A stretch of DNA of 64,000 nucleotides from Candidatus Saccharimonadota bacterium (GTDB lineage Bacteria > Patescibacteriota > Saccharimonadia > UBA4664): contig JACAFG010000002.1 in NCBI GenBank assembly GCA_019352195.1, positions 167,820-231,819 of the forward strand. The letters run 5' to 3'. The notes under the pieces are model-generated. The model was given only the letters and a program-made list of their open reading frames with translations, was not told the origin of the DNA and did no database searches. Position 1 is the first letter of the stretch; every line of letters starts with the position of its first letter. A program made the translations under genes and the position numbers. Shown here one piece after another: positions 46,722 to 57,606 of the stretch.

Positions 46722-49036
46722 AGATTTCTACCACTTGGTTACAAACTCTGCTACGTCGCACAATGTTGGATAATGAATTGGTGACAGCTTTGGAACGCTC
46801 GGGCATTGAGATTGAACAATATAGTTCGTCAACTCCCCTCAACAAAAACATTGTGGTAGGTCTGGTTAAAAAAGTTATTCAGCATCCAGGAGCCGATAGG
46901 CTCAAAATAGCGACAGTGGACGATGGGCGGGAAGAGTTGACCATTGTTTGCGGCGCGCCCAACATTTATGCCGGAATGAAGGCTCCCCTGGCAAGGATTG
47001 GGGCAATTTTACCTGATGGCATGGTGATTTCCCCTGCCAAACTAAGAGGCGAGACCAGCTACGGCATGCTTTGCAGCCCTCGTGAGCTCGGTTTAAGCGA
47101 CAGCCATGAGGGTTTACTGGATCTCGGTGCTGATAGCGAGGTTGGGAAATTATTGTGCGACATATACCCATCTGATGGTTTTGTGGACGTCAAGACAGCC
47201 GCCAATAGGTTTGATTTGCTCGGCGCGATTGGCGTAGCGCGTGAAGTGGCGGCGATGGCGGATGCCCATTTGGTACTCCCCCCGGTGAAGCCGTTGCCTA
47301 AAATTTCGGCCGGTATGATTGGAAGTTTGGACGCGGCGTGTCCGCAGTTTGCTGTGGCAGAACTTACGCTAGACCCGGCCTCGCCCTCCCCCGATTGGAT
47401 TGTGGCGCGTCTGGCTGTGGCCGGGATTCGGTCGTTGGGCTTGGTAGTGGATATAACTAACTACGTGATGATAGAAACTGCGCAGCCGCTGCACGCTTAC
47501 GATGCCGATAAGGTTTCGCTGCCTTTTGGCCTTCGTAAAGCAAAAACAGGCGAGACTTTGATTACTCTTGACGATCAAAAACGCCAGCTTGATAGCACCG
47601 ACTTAGTTGTAACGGACGCTACTGGTACCATAGGTCTGGCGGGTGTCCGCGGCGGAGCAAGGACTGAATTTGGCCCCCAAACCAAGCGGATTTATCTAGA
47701 AGCAGCCACATTTGAGGGCGCCCTTATTCGCCAAACAGCTAAGCGCTATAATTTGCGTACCGATGCGAGTGCGCGTTTTGAGCGCGGACTCCCCCCTGAG
47801 GCAGCGGTAGTCGCCTTGGCCCGCGCCGTGGCGCTATTGGAAGAGTTTGCCAAGGCCGAGCTGATTCGGTGGAGTATGACACCGACCAAGACGGCTGGCT
47901 CTAGAAACCTTCGCGTGACGGCCGCGCATGCCAGTAAGATCATGGGCATACCAGTTACCCCGGCCGAGATTGTGGCATCGCTTGAGCGGTTGGAGATCAA
48001 GGCCACGAGCGACGGCGACGAGGTAACGGCTACGCTCCCCTGGTGGCGCCCTGATCTCAAAGAGGCCGAAGATTTGATTGAAGAAACCGTACGCGTAATT
48101 GGCTACGATAAAATTCCCTCGACTATTCCCGCTTGGCGGCCGCGCAAGTTGACGTTTGACCGAACGCGTCCTGCCCTTGGACACATCCGTAATTTGTTGA
48201 GCGGCGCAGGGTTATTTGAAGTTATGACCTACTCGTTTGTGTCGGCCGAGCAGCTTGAAGCGTCAAATCTGACGGCCGATAAACACTTGAAGCTTAAGAA
48301 TCCATTGTCGATTGAGCAGGCCTATTTACGGACCACTCTCCTACCGAGTCATTTGGCGGTAGCCGCTCGCAACCGCATGTATGCCAAAAAGACGGCATTT
48401 TATGAGCTTTCGAATGTGTTTGAGCCGAAAGCCGATGGCGAACAGCCGAATGAACGAATGCTTTTGTCGATTATGGTTACTCAACCTAAGGGTTCTTATG
48501 CTTTTGCCAAGGGTATTTTAGACGCTTTGGCGCGAAGTCTAAATGTGAGCTTTGAAATTTCGGCAGCTCATTCCCAGGGGCCGTGGGCCGAGGCTCGGGT
48601 GGCGGATGTCATTTTGAACGGCGAGCCCGTTGGCCGCATCGGTCAGCTCAGCCCAAGCCTCGTTCAAAGCGTCAAGCTCGTTGGTGAGGCAGCAGCGTTT
48701 GAACTACAGTTGGCCCCGTTATTGGCAGCGTCTCGCCCTGCGGCTGTGAGGGCAGCTTCACGCTTCCCTGAGGCGCAGCGTGACATAACAGTACTTGTTC
48801 CGGAGCAAACGCAGTGGCAGGATGTGGCGGCAGCTTTAGCCGGTGTTAGCGGGCTTGAGGCGACTTTTATGAGTGATTATGTGAACCAAGCTATGGCGTC
48901 GGGTTATAAAAGTCTATCGATACACCTGCGTCTATCGAGTAATGATCATACCCCTACCGACGCAGAATCATCCGAGCTTGAAACCAAAGTGCGTTCAATT
49001 TTACAGCGTCTGTTTAAGGCCTTACCAGAGAAATAA
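46718..49036 (+). CDS. pheT: phenylalanine--tRNA ligase beta subunit
   Basis: MKIS..WL, HP.ADRL, IVCGAPN, GMLCS..ELG, VDITNYVM, RFERG and DLIEE. Confidence 0.97.
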   Translation: MKISTTWLQTLLRRTMLDNELVTALERSGIEIEQYSSSTPLNKNIVVGLVKKVIQHPGADRLKIATVDDGREELTIVCGAPNIYAGMKAPLARIGAILPDGMVISPAKLRGETSYGMLCSPRELGLSDSHEGLLDLGADSEVGKLLCDIYPSDGFVDVKTAANRFDLLGAIGVAREVAAMADAHLVLPPVKPLPKISAGMIGSLDAACPQFAVAELTLDPASPSPDWIVARLAVAGIRSLGLVVDITNYVMIETAQPLHAYDADKVSLPFGLRKAKTGETLITLDDQKRQLDSTDLVVTDATGTIGLAGVRGGARTEFGPQTKRIYLEAATFEGALIRQTAKRYNLRTDASARFERGLPPEAAVVALARAVALLEEFAKAELIRWSMTPTKTAGSRNLRVTAAHASKIMGIPVTPAEIVASLERLEIKATSDGDEVTATLPWWRPDLKEAEDLIEETVRVIGYDKIPSTIPAWRPRKLTFDRTRPALGHIRNLLSGAGLFEVMTYSFVSAEQLEASNLTADKHLKLKNPLSIEQAYLRTTLLPSHLAVAARNRMYAKKTAFYELSNVFEPKADGEQPNERMLLSIMVTQPKGSYAFAKGILDALARSLNVSFEISAAHSQGPWAEARVADVILNGEPVGRIGQLSPSLVQSVKLVGEAAAFELQLAPLLAASRPAAVRAASRFPEAQRDITVLVPEQTQWQDVAAALAGVSGLEATFMSDYVNQAMASGYKSLSIHLRLSSNDHTPTDAESSELETKVRSILQRLFKALPEK

Positions 49037-49091
49037 TTTGATGATCGCAAAGTAGTTCCGTTCGGCCTACCATAAGCGCTATAATATAATT

Positions 49092-50546
49092 ATGGTGAGT
49101 TGGCGGTTGTCACGTGAGTTACATGAGAGCGCTGGTTTTACTTCGGTCAGCCGACTTCTTAGTGGCGCCGGAATGCTTGTTGCGGTAGCACTTGCCGCTC
49201 AGTTACTTGGCTCGAGCTGGTATATGGGGCGCATGCTACCGGATACGATGATCGGCGACCAAAACGTGGGCAATCTAACGCTCCCTCAAGCTCGCGTGAA
49301 GCTTGAGTCTATGGCAGCAAGCTACAATGTGGCTTTAAGCATCGGTGGTCAGCAATATAGCTTTACGCCCGCCCAACTAGGCATCACTTATGATGTGCAA
49401 ACCAGCATTGACGGAGCCTATAATCGACAGCGAACGACGTGGTTTTTTGCTCCGGGCAAGCGCTCGAGCACGCTCACGTATCATATTAATACCCCTCAGC
49501 TGACGGCCGCGATTGGGGCAGTGGCTGACAAAATTGGGACGCAACCGGTAAACGCCAACCTGAAAGTTTTGAATGGCCAAATTGTTACGGTGGCTGATAA
49601 AGATGGCTTCACGGTTGATCGCGTTGGTTTGGCCCGGTTGATTGAGCAAAATTTGGGCACTGGTACGCCGGCTCATTTGGCCACGGTACCACATCGCGAG
49701 CCGGCTGCTATTTTGGCGTCGTCGCTGGCACCAAGTATTGCAGCCACCAAGCAGCTCATGAACACGCAAATCACGCTCACCTATGGTACGCAAGTGTGGA
49801 CGCCGACGAGCGCGGCAATTGGTTCGTGGCTAACTTTTCAGCCGAACGATTCAAGCGCCACTGCCCCCGTTCTCGAGCCGGTGGTGGATCAGACCAAGCT
49901 GGCTGCATACGTGTCGGGCTTGGCTAAACAAGTTGATATAGCACCGGTGACGCAGCTGGAAACAGTTACCAATGGCGCCGTAAATATAAGCCGTATTGGG
50001 GTAAACGGCACAGCTATTAATCAAGCGGCCGTGGTAGCGGCGGTTTCGTCAGCAGTAATGAGCCAGCAAGCCTTGAATTACACGATTACCGACGGTCCCG
50101 TGGCATATAAAACCACGGTAACAAACTTCACGGTGCTGGATCTACCAAGTTACGTTGAGATCAATCTTAAGGTGCAGCATATGTGGGTGTGGCAAAACGG
50201 CGCCATTATTTATGACTCCCCTGTGAAGAGTGGCGCAACGGGCGCCGGTTATCCGACGGTAGAAGGTATGTTCCACATTTACTACAAATCTACGGATACG
50301 TGGTTGAACGGCGAGTCGATGGGTCCGCGCTACAACTACAATGACCATGTGAATTATTGGATGCCGTTTTATTCTGGGTACGGAATGCACGACGCAAGTT
50401 GGCGCAACGGTAACTTTGGCGAAACTTCCGGGCCCTTAGGATACTGGCGCGATGGCTCTCACGGCTGTGTGAATTTGCCGGATGCGACGGCGGAGTGGCT
50501 CTACAACTGGAGCGTGGTTGGTACGCCCGTTTGGGTTCATGAATAG
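49092..50546 (+). CDS. L,D-transpeptidase with peptidoglycan-binding (PG_binding_4-like) repeats
   Basis: TM anchor and a C-terminal YkuD motif (HDASWR...GSHGCVN). Confidence 0.9.
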   Translation: MVSWRLSRELHESAGFTSVSRLLSGAGMLVAVALAAQLLGSSWYMGRMLPDTMIGDQNVGNLTLPQARVKLESMAASYNVALSIGGQQYSFTPAQLGITYDVQTSIDGAYNRQRTTWFFAPGKRSSTLTYHINTPQLTAAIGAVADKIGTQPVNANLKVLNGQIVTVADKDGFTVDRVGLARLIEQNLGTGTPAHLATVPHREPAAILASSLAPSIAATKQLMNTQITLTYGTQVWTPTSAAIGSWLTFQPNDSSATAPVLEPVVDQTKLAAYVSGLAKQVDIAPVTQLETVTNGAVNISRIGVNGTAINQAAVVAAVSSAVMSQQALNYTITDGPVAYKTTVTNFTVLDLPSYVEINLKVQHMWVWQNGAIIYDSPVKSGATGAGYPTVEGMFHIYYKSTDTWLNGESMGPRYNYNDHVNYWMPFYSGYGMHDASWRNGNFGETSGPLGYWRDGSHGCVNLPDATAEWLYNWSVVGTPVWVHE

Positions 50547-50604
50547 CGTTTTAATGGCGATATTGCGGTAGCAGCTCTCAAGCATTAGTGTTATCATTTC
50601 AGAT

Positions 50605-51015
50605 ATGAACCCGCAAACTACCCCCGTCCCCCAACCATCTGGTGAACGTCCCGCGACGGGTACGCCAGAGCTGACTGTACCCAATCCGGAACACCTTGTA
50701 ACTGAGGCTGTAACACCGGAACCCGGTAGCCCTAACGCCGCTCCGGCCGGTGCACCACCCATAACAGCCAGTGATGTGGCGGCAGCGATTGCGCAAATGC
50801 CGTCGGCTACGCCGCCAGCGGCTACTTCCGGTGCCGTTCCTGCTACTGCCTCAGATGTTGATGTAATTGAACCCGAATGGGTTGATCAGGCCGAGAGTGT
50901 TATCGCCAAAACTGCTGGTGATCCACATGCCGAAGAAGAGGCCGTGGAGGCATTACAGGTGGATTATTTGGCCAAACGTTATGGTCACAATATCGCCAAA
51001 AGTGGTGATGAGTAG
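50605..51015 (+). CDS. Pro-rich hypothetical protein
   Basis: Disordered N-terminus and a C-terminal D.DVIE.EWV...DP......L..DYL.KRY helical domain. Confidence 0.7.
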   Translation: MNPQTTPVPQPSGERPATGTPELTVPNPEHLVTEAVTPEPGSPNAAPAGAPPITASDVAAAIAQMPSATPPAATSGAVPATASDVDVIEPEWVDQAESVIAKTAGDPHAEEEAVEALQVDYLAKRYGHNIAKSGDE

Positions 51016-51091
51016 CTGTCAGTAAAGTTTTTGTAACTAGAGGCCAAGTGAGCAGAGCCAGAGTATCAGCTAAGCGTTTGGAGGGCCAACG

Positions 51092-54000
51092 ATGAGCGGA
51101 ATCGCCGTCGTAGTATTGGTTTTCTTTGTCTTGGCAGCGGTGCTCGGCGGGGTGGCTTATATGGTGTATCGGCGCAAGCTGCAGCGGGCAAAATCGATTG
51201 AACGCGGTCTTAAAATGGTGCCGCTTCTCATTCATTTGCCTGCCAGCTCGAGCGACACGGCAGCTGGCGGACGTGACGTGCGCGAAGTTATGCGCGAAAA
51301 GATTGCCCAGGCCGAAGTGCTCTACAACCTTATTGCCGGGACCGCTACTAATGGCTTTAAGTCGACTTTTTATGGTCAACGACATATTGCGCTCGAAATC
51401 ATTGCCAGCGATGGTATGGTGCATTTTTATGCGGCGGTGCCAGTTAATTTGGTAAGCGTCATTGAAAAAGCCATCCTCACGGCTTATCCGGGGGCCAAAC
51501 TTGAAGAAACCGAAGACCACAACATCTTTAATGAGCAAGGTCGCTTGTCGGCCACTATGGGCGGAGAACTGGTACTTAAAGCCGATGCGGCCTATCCGAT
51601 TGCGACATATACCCATTTGGAGCGTGATCCGCTAGAGGCACTCCTTGTAACCCTGAGCGGCTTGAGCAAAACCGACGGCGCAGCGGTGCAAATTATGGTA
51701 CGTCCTGCTCCCCCAGCATGGGTAAAGTCAGCGGTGAAACTCACCACAAAATTGCGCCGCGGACGAAATCAAGGCTTGAAATTTGGTGTTGCTGACCTCG
51801 CAAAGGCAGCGGTAAAGGCGCCAACGTCGTCGGTACCCGCTGACTTGGCTAAAGGCGCCACTAATCCCAATTTGAGCCAACTAGAATTGTCGGCCATTGA
51901 GCAGGTTGAGGATAAAACCAAGCATCCTGGGTTCGAAGTCCTTATTCGGGTGCTCGTTTCGGCCGAAAATGTATCGCGCAGTCAGCAGGTGCTTCAGGAT
52001 TTGGCGACCAGCTTTTCGCTTTTTGAACGCCCTGGGCTGAACGGCTTTAAGTTTGTGCCGGCACTTGATGTTCAGGGGCTGGTGACAGCCTTTATTTTTC
52101 GCTTCTTCCCGCCGGAAATGCACTCCAGTGTGCTTAATTCGGCAGAGCTTGCCACGTTGTTTCATTTGCCAGACTCACAGTTTACGCCCACCAACAATGT
52201 TGCACGTCAGCTGAGCAAAGAGGTAGATGGCCCCACTTCACTGTCATCAACCGGCCTTCTACTCGGTTACAACGAGTTTCGCGGGACGAAGAAAGAGATC
52301 CGTCTGAGCGAGCAGGATCGTCGTCGTCACACGTATATTCTGGGCCAGACCGGGACCGGTAAATCTACCATGCTTGAGAACATGATGGTTCAGGATATGC
52401 TGTCGGGCAACGGCTTTGCATTTATTGATCCGCACGGCGATTCGGCCGAAAAGCTTCTGAGTTTGGTGCCCAAAAACCGGGCCGAGGATGTTATCTACTT
52501 CAACCCGGCTGATATGGAATATCCTCTGGGGCTAAACTTATTTGAGTTTGATGACCCGATGCAAAAGGATTTCTTAATTCAAGAGAGCCTTAATATGCTC
52601 TATAAACTCTACGATCCCAACGGTACGGGTGTGATTGGTCCGCGGTTTGAGCAGTGGTACCGTAACGCGGCGCTTACACTGATGGCCGATCCCAATGGCG
52701 CTACCTTCATTGAAATTCCCAAGGTTTTCACCGATACCGAATATCTGAAGCAAAAGTTTAAATATCTGAAAGACCCTACGGTTATAGATTTTTGGACCAA
52801 GGAAATGGGCCAGACGAGCGATTATCATAAGTCGGAAATGCTCGGCTATTTTGTCAGTAAATTTGGCGCTTTTCAGCAAAATGAAATGATGCGAAATATC
52901 ATTGGCCAGACGAAGTCGGCCTTTAATATGCGCGATATCATGGATAACAAAAAAATCTTAATTGTGAACTTGAGTAAAGGCCAAGTTGGCGAGATGAACG
53001 CCAAACTGCTCGGTATGATGTTTGTCATTAAGTTCCAATCGGCCGCCATGAGCCGAGCTAACATGCCGGAAGCTGACCGCAACGACTTTTGTTTGTATGT
53101 TGATGAATTTCAAAACTTCTCCACCGATAGTTTTGCCTCAATTTTGAGTGAGGCGCGCAAGTATCGCCTCAACCTAATTGTAGGTAACCAGTTTATTGGT
53201 CAGCTGAGTAACGAAATTAGAGATGCGGTTTTTGGTAACATCGGGACGATTGTTGCTCACCGGATGGGTCCGGATGACGCTGAGTTTATGGTTAAGCAGC
53301 TTACGCCGGTGTTCGACGCGTCGGACCTTATGAATATCCCGAACTATCATTCGGCGGTACGCCTCCTCATAGGTGGCCTGCCGAGCCAACCGTTTACCAT
53401 GCTCGACTCTCCATGGATTGCGCCCGGCAATCCGGCGATGGGAGTGGCTATAAAGCAGCTGAGTGCGGCTAAATTTGGCGTCGCCAAACCAGTGGTGGAT
53501 GCGGATATTACGGCGCGGCTCAGCAGCCGTCCGGTGGTGCCGGCGCCGACCGTGCAACTGACCCCTTCCAAACCAACTGAAATTCCGGATGATAAGTCGC
53601 CCGTGATGCTCCCACCCCCGACATCAGTGGCCACAGCGCCAGCACCGGTTGTGGCACCACCAAAGGTAGCTGAAGCGATTACCCCCATGCCCGCATCATC
53701 AGGCCCCGTTTCGGCCGTCGTGACGCCGCAGGTCGAAGCAGTAGCGTCAGTAGTGCCGCTCGCAACAGCTCCAGCCGAAGCTACGGCGCAAGCCACGCCA
53801 ACGACGGTTGCTCCGACGTCGGCTCCTGTGGCTGAAGTCGCTACGCCGGCCCCTGTTCTGGCTCCTATGGTGGAATCGCCGTCCATTATTGCTGACTCGG
53901 CAGATGACGACGCGCCCGATCCGGTTCGGACCGCGTTGGGCCAGCCGCTTCCGCCGCCGTCAGCGCCCGCAGTGCTCCCGATTGCTGAGCCGGTATCTAC

Positions 54001-56950
54001 TCCAGCTCCAATGCCCCAGCCAGTTGCCGCGCCAGTTGTTATACCCGATGCAGCGCCTATTGCTAGTTCGATGCCACCGATTGGAGCGCCACCGATTGCA
54101 CTACCAGGCGAGAGCGCAGATCAGGTGACGGCGCCTGTGACAAATAAGGATACGCTCTCGATTCGCGATATTACGGGCGGTGAGCGGACGCCCGTGGTGG
54201 CGCCGAGCGCACTGGACGACGTCGAACTTATTCCTCCAGGTGCTGAGCCGCCAGTGGTTCCGATGGTACCAGTTTACGATCCTGCCACCGATCCTAACGC
54301 GGGTGTCGACTTGTTGGCTGCACCTCCGCCACCACTCGCCAACGCTGACGCGTCAAGCGCGCCTACGCCTGTTGCGGCTAAACCCGCCGCCGTTTATGAT
54401 CCGGCGACCGATCCTAACGCTGCCGTACCACTTCTTGCTGCCGATGTTAACATGGAGCCTGTCTTTGAATTGCCTCCTACGGCTGCACCTGCGTTGCCAG
54501 CAGAACCGGTAGTATTAGCCACCCCGATTGCTGTCCCGATGCCTATTGAACCGACTATACTCTCGACTCCTGAGCCAAACTGGCAGGCCGGTCCCGAGCC
54601 GTTAGCAAACCCCGCCGTGGAGAGCGTGGCAGCACAACCGGTGGCCACTGCTACGGCTGACGATTTTGTCTCCGAAGGCGGTGATAACCTGCCCATTCAC
54701 TTTATTGATCCCAGTCTCGAAGCAGTTCTTGAGCGTCCGTATGAAACTACGGCTACGCCGGTGAAGCCGATTTCAACGGCTGTTTCGGCACCTGAATTAG
54801 CGGTGCCCCCGGAGCCTGCTTCAGTAAGCCCGGCACCGGTCATTGTCTCCGCCTTACCGCCGCTTGGTGCGCCGTCGGTGGCGCTGCCGTCGAGCGATGC
54901 CAATTTAGCCTCGAACGTAACGACGGCTCCGGCTACAAGTTTTGTTAACCCGGTTGCCAGCGAGGCACTGCCTCCCAAGTCGGTCATGCCCGCACCAGTT
55001 GAACCCGCGGCACCGGTGCCGGCACTAATTCAAACACCGCCGCCCATTGGAGCGCCGCCAGTAAGTCTCGACCAGACACCGACGATAGCCTCAGTTACCA
55101 ACGTAACTGCTGATACACCGATAGTTATTGCCGAGCCGCCCGCATCAGAAGTGATTGCTCCCGTTATGGAACAGCCCGTGGAACAGACGGCGCTCGTAAA
55201 AGCGGAACAAGCCTCGTCATTGCCTCAAGCTGAGACGTCCCGTCAGACACTAGCATCGCCAGTTGAGCCTTTACCAACAGTTGAGCCTGTAGAGCTTAAG
55301 CCAGCAGAGATTAAGACGCCGGCCGTGCCGGTGGTTGCTGATTCGAAAACAATCATTCAGTCGCCGGTCGACACGAAGCCAGTAGCTGGTGACATAACAA
55401 ATGTATATGCGCCGGCTCCCTTGCCTGTAACCGAGCCAGCTATGGTTCCAGGGGTCGCCAAACCGGTTGCCCACGAAGAACCGGTTTCGGAGCCCGTACC
55501 AGAGCCCGCGCCAACACCCCGTCCTGAGCCCAGTCCCGAAATAAAAGCAGCCATGGCGGCGGTGTCGTCCGAAATCATCGGTGCTCCCACGCCCTCGGCA
55601 GCGGTGCCTGCGCCGGCCACGTCGACGTTAGCGAAGCCTGCGCCTGATACTCATCACGCTGAAGCTGAAACGGTGCCTCAGCCCACGCCTGCGGCACAAC
55701 CGACTGACGCGCTTGTCTCGTCAGTTGATGAAGGCAGGCCGAAGATTGAAGAGCAGCCGCGCGAGCATCCTGCTCCTATGACGGCCGAATCAAAGCCGGA
55801 GTCAAAGTCCGACGCCCATGCGCAGCCAGCCGCCAATAAAACGGTGGAGACTAAACCCACTGAGCCTGCCAAGCAGCCGACAGAAGCTAAACCGGTTGCG
55901 GCAGTTCATGTGGACGAGCCTCAAATCATCACTCACTCGACAGATAAAACATCTGATACGCCCAAAATTGAAACGCATATGCCGGTTAAAGCGGCCGAAA
56001 TTGTGGCCAAAACTGAAGACACTATCGATGAGCTGTTAAGTACTTCCCTCATTCATACCGGCTCAAGTCGGCATCGTTTGGCCGAACCAGAACCCGAAGC
56101 GGCAGCAGCCGCTGAAACCACCGATGGCAAGACTCCAGATAGCGGCCGGCACTGGGTGGGAAGTTCGCAGCCAGCAGATATTGGCGATCTGGACGAAGGC
56201 GAAACAGCTGATGAAGAGTCAGCCCATGAGCCGACCCTTTACAGCAGTGCTCACCAAAAAGTAATCCAGCCGCCTCAGTCGGTTGTCTCCCTGAAAGAAG
56301 AGCTTGCCAAAGAGTTGAAGGCCGAAGCGACTGAAATGGGGGCGCAGGCACCGACGCTAGCTGCTGCTCCATCGCCTGTCCCAGTCCCAACAACTGCACC
56401 GACTCCGATGCCCGAGCCAGTTCCAACGCCTAAGCCCGCGGCGGCGGTAATTCGCGACTTGCGACCAGACTACGTCGCTAATGCCAACCCGGCTCCGCGC
56501 CCGTTGATACCAACTCCGCCCCCCGCTCCGGTAGTGGCATCGGCCGACGACTTTGATTTGCCCGAAGCTACTTCATTGGCGGCCGATGACGTCGCGGCAG
56601 CGCGAATGGCCCAACGCGCGGCCGGTGAAGCCCGGGCAGCTGCCATTGCCGCCGTACCGCCGCCGCGCTCATCATCGCTTGGTCCGGCATCGACCCTGGC
56701 ACAACCGGTTCACCCGGCTAAGCAAAATCGTCATCACGCTGAACAGCGTCGGTCGACGCCCAAGCCAGCACCGGCTCCAGTCGCACCTAAGCGCGTAGTA
56801 GAACCCGAGCCCATGACTGGTAAGCTTATCTTGCCCAACGCGGCCGCCCAGGCTGCCAACAGCGTCCCTAAGCAGGTGGTGCGTCCCGAGAAGCTCGCTA
56901 AGGGTGAAGTATTTGTTGATGCTTCGGGCAACGTTGTGGTTGGCGAGTGA
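51092..56950 (+). CDS. VirB4/TraD/HerA-like (DUF87) membrane-anchored ATPase with a ~1100-aa Pro/Ala/Val-rich tail
   Basis: DRRRHTYILGQTGTGKS, IDPHGD, LYVDEFQNF and LSEARKY. Low-complexity from ~aa 815. Confidence 0.85.
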   Translation: MSGIAVVVLVFFVLAAVLGGVAYMVYRRKLQRAKSIERGLKMVPLLIHLPASSSDTAAGGRDVREVMREKIAQAEVLYNLIAGTATNGFKSTFYGQRHIALEIIASDGMVHFYAAVPVNLVSVIEKAILTAYPGAKLEETEDHNIFNEQGRLSATMGGELVLKADAAYPIATYTHLERDPLEALLVTLSGLSKTDGAAVQIMVRPAPPAWVKSAVKLTTKLRRGRNQGLKFGVADLAKAAVKAPTSSVPADLAKGATNPNLSQLELSAIEQVEDKTKHPGFEVLIRVLVSAENVSRSQQVLQDLATSFSLFERPGLNGFKFVPALDVQGLVTAFIFRFFPPEMHSSVLNSAELATLFHLPDSQFTPTNNVARQLSKEVDGPTSLSSTGLLLGYNEFRGTKKEIRLSEQDRRRHTYILGQTGTGKSTMLENMMVQDMLSGNGFAFIDPHGDSAEKLLSLVPKNRAEDVIYFNPADMEYPLGLNLFEFDDPMQKDFLIQESLNMLYKLYDPNGTGVIGPRFEQWYRNAALTLMADPNGATFIEIPKVFTDTEYLKQKFKYLKDPTVIDFWTKEMGQTSDYHKSEMLGYFVSKFGAFQQNEMMRNIIGQTKSAFNMRDIMDNKKILIVNLSKGQVGEMNAKLLGMMFVIKFQSAAMSRANMPEADRNDFCLYVDEFQNFSTDSFASILSEARKYRLNLIVGNQFIGQLSNEIRDAVFGNIGTIVAHRMGPDDAEFMVKQLTPVFDASDLMNIPNYHSAVRLLIGGLPSQPFTMLDSPWIAPGNPAMGVAIKQLSAAKFGVAKPVVDADITARLSSRPVVPAPTVQLTPSKPTEIPDDKSPVMLPPPTSVATAPAPVVAPPKVAEAITPMPASSGPVSAVVTPQVEAVASVVPLATAPAEATAQATPTTVAPTSAPVAEVATPAPVLAPMVESPSIIADSADDDAPDPVRTALGQPLPPPSAPAVLPIAEPVSTPAPMPQPVAAPVVIPDAAPIASSMPPIGAPPIALPGESADQVTAPVTNKDTLSIRDITGGERTPVVAPSALDDVELIPPGAEPPVVPMVPVYDPATDPNAGVDLLAAPPPPLANADASSAPTPVAAKPAAVYDPATDPNAAVPLLAADVNMEPVFELPPTAAPALPAEPVVLATPIAVPMPIEPTILSTPEPNWQAGPEPLANPAVESVAAQPVATATADDFVSEGGDNLPIHFIDPSLEAVLERPYETTATPVKPISTAVSAPELAVPPEPASVSPAPVIVSALPPLGAPSVALPSSDANLASNVTTAPATSFVNPVASEALPPKSVMPAPVEPAAPVPALIQTPPPIGAPPVSLDQTPTIASVTNVTADTPIVIAEPPASEVIAPVMEQPVEQTALVKAEQASSLPQAETSRQTLASPVEPLPTVEPVELKPAEIKTPAVPVVADSKTIIQSPVDTKPVAGDITNVYAPAPLPVTEPAMVPGVAKPVAHEEPVSEPVPEPAPTPRPEPSPEIKAAMAAVSSEIIGAPTPSAAVPAPATSTLAKPAPDTHHAEAETVPQPTPAAQPTDALVSSVDEGRPKIEEQPREHPAPMTAESKPESKSDAHAQPAANKTVETKPTEPAKQPTEAKPVAAVHVDEPQIITHSTDKTSDTPKIETHMPVKAAEIVAKTEDTIDELLSTSLIHTGSSRHRLAEPEPEAAAAAETTDGKTPDSGRHWVGSSQPADIGDLDEGETADEESAHEPTLYSSAHQKVIQPPQSVVSLKEELAKELKAEATEMGAQAPTLAAAPSPVPVPTTAPTPMPEPVPTPKPAAAVIRDLRPDYVANANPAPRPLIPTPPPAPVVASADDFDLPEATSLAADDVAAARMAQRAAGEARAAAIAAVPPPRSSSLGPASTLAQPVHPAKQNRHHAEQRRSTPKPAPAPVAPKRVVEPEPMTGKLILPNAAAQAANSVPKQVVRPEKLAKGEVFVDASGNVVVGE

Positions 56951-56979
56951 GACTCCTCCCCTAACGGTCAGCCCAATAC

Positions 56980-57014
56980 AAAAAAATGTCCTCGCAGCGG
57001 CGAGGACATTTTTT
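56980..57014. terminator. bidirectional intrinsic terminator
   Basis: AAAAAAATGTCCTCGC-AGCG-GCGAGGACATTTTTT. Confidence 0.8.
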
Positions 57015-57033
57015 TAGACGGGCGAGTGACCGG

Positions 57034-57603
57034 CTATTTGTGGCGCGGGTGTAGCGAACGAACGAGACCTTCGAGCACAACACCGATAATACCGCCGGCG
57101 ACGAGCGAGACAACAAGCTCTGATCCGCGCATAGCGTAGCCGTAGGTACGTGCGAAGTAGTAAAACGTCCCAGCCACAATCAGCGCGGTTACAACGGCTC
57201 CTAGGGTCACTGAAGGCCGCATAACACTCGACTCGAGAGCTTCGCTGGTTTTTTCAACGAGGGGTGCATGAATGACTTTACTAAAACTTCGGCTGGCCGG
57301 CGACAGTTTGTGCTGCATGCTAGCCATTGTCTCGGTATAGCTTAGATGCGGGTTGAGCCGGCCCATGAAGGTGGGTTTGGGCGCCTGATTTTCGGCTGCC
57401 GCGACGGGTTCTTCTTTTGACTGTTCTTGCTGATCGATGACTTTACGCGCAGTTTCAGCGCGCTCACCTTGATCGTCGCGGTGGTTTTCGGCCGCGGCTT
57501 CGGCAGAAGCTTCTTGCTCGGCGAGCTGAGCTTCGGCGAGCTTGTCGAGCTCACTCTGACGCTCGGCAGATTCGTGATTTATGGGTCCCTGTTCAGCTGA
57601 CAT
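57034..57603 (-). CDS. hypothetical membrane protein
   Basis: Charged N-terminus, FSKVIH.P.VE..SE and two C-terminal TM helices. Confidence 0.75.
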   Translation of the reverse strand: MSAEQGPINHESAERQSELDKLAEAQLAEQEASAEAAAENHRDDQGERAETARKVIDQQEQSKEEPVAAAENQAPKPTFMGRLNPHLSYTETMASMQHKLSPASRSFSKVIHAPLVEKTSEALESSVMRPSVTLGAVVTALIVAGTFYYFARTYGYAMRGSELVVSLVAGGIIGVVLEGLVRSLHPRHK

Positions 57604-57606
57604 TAT

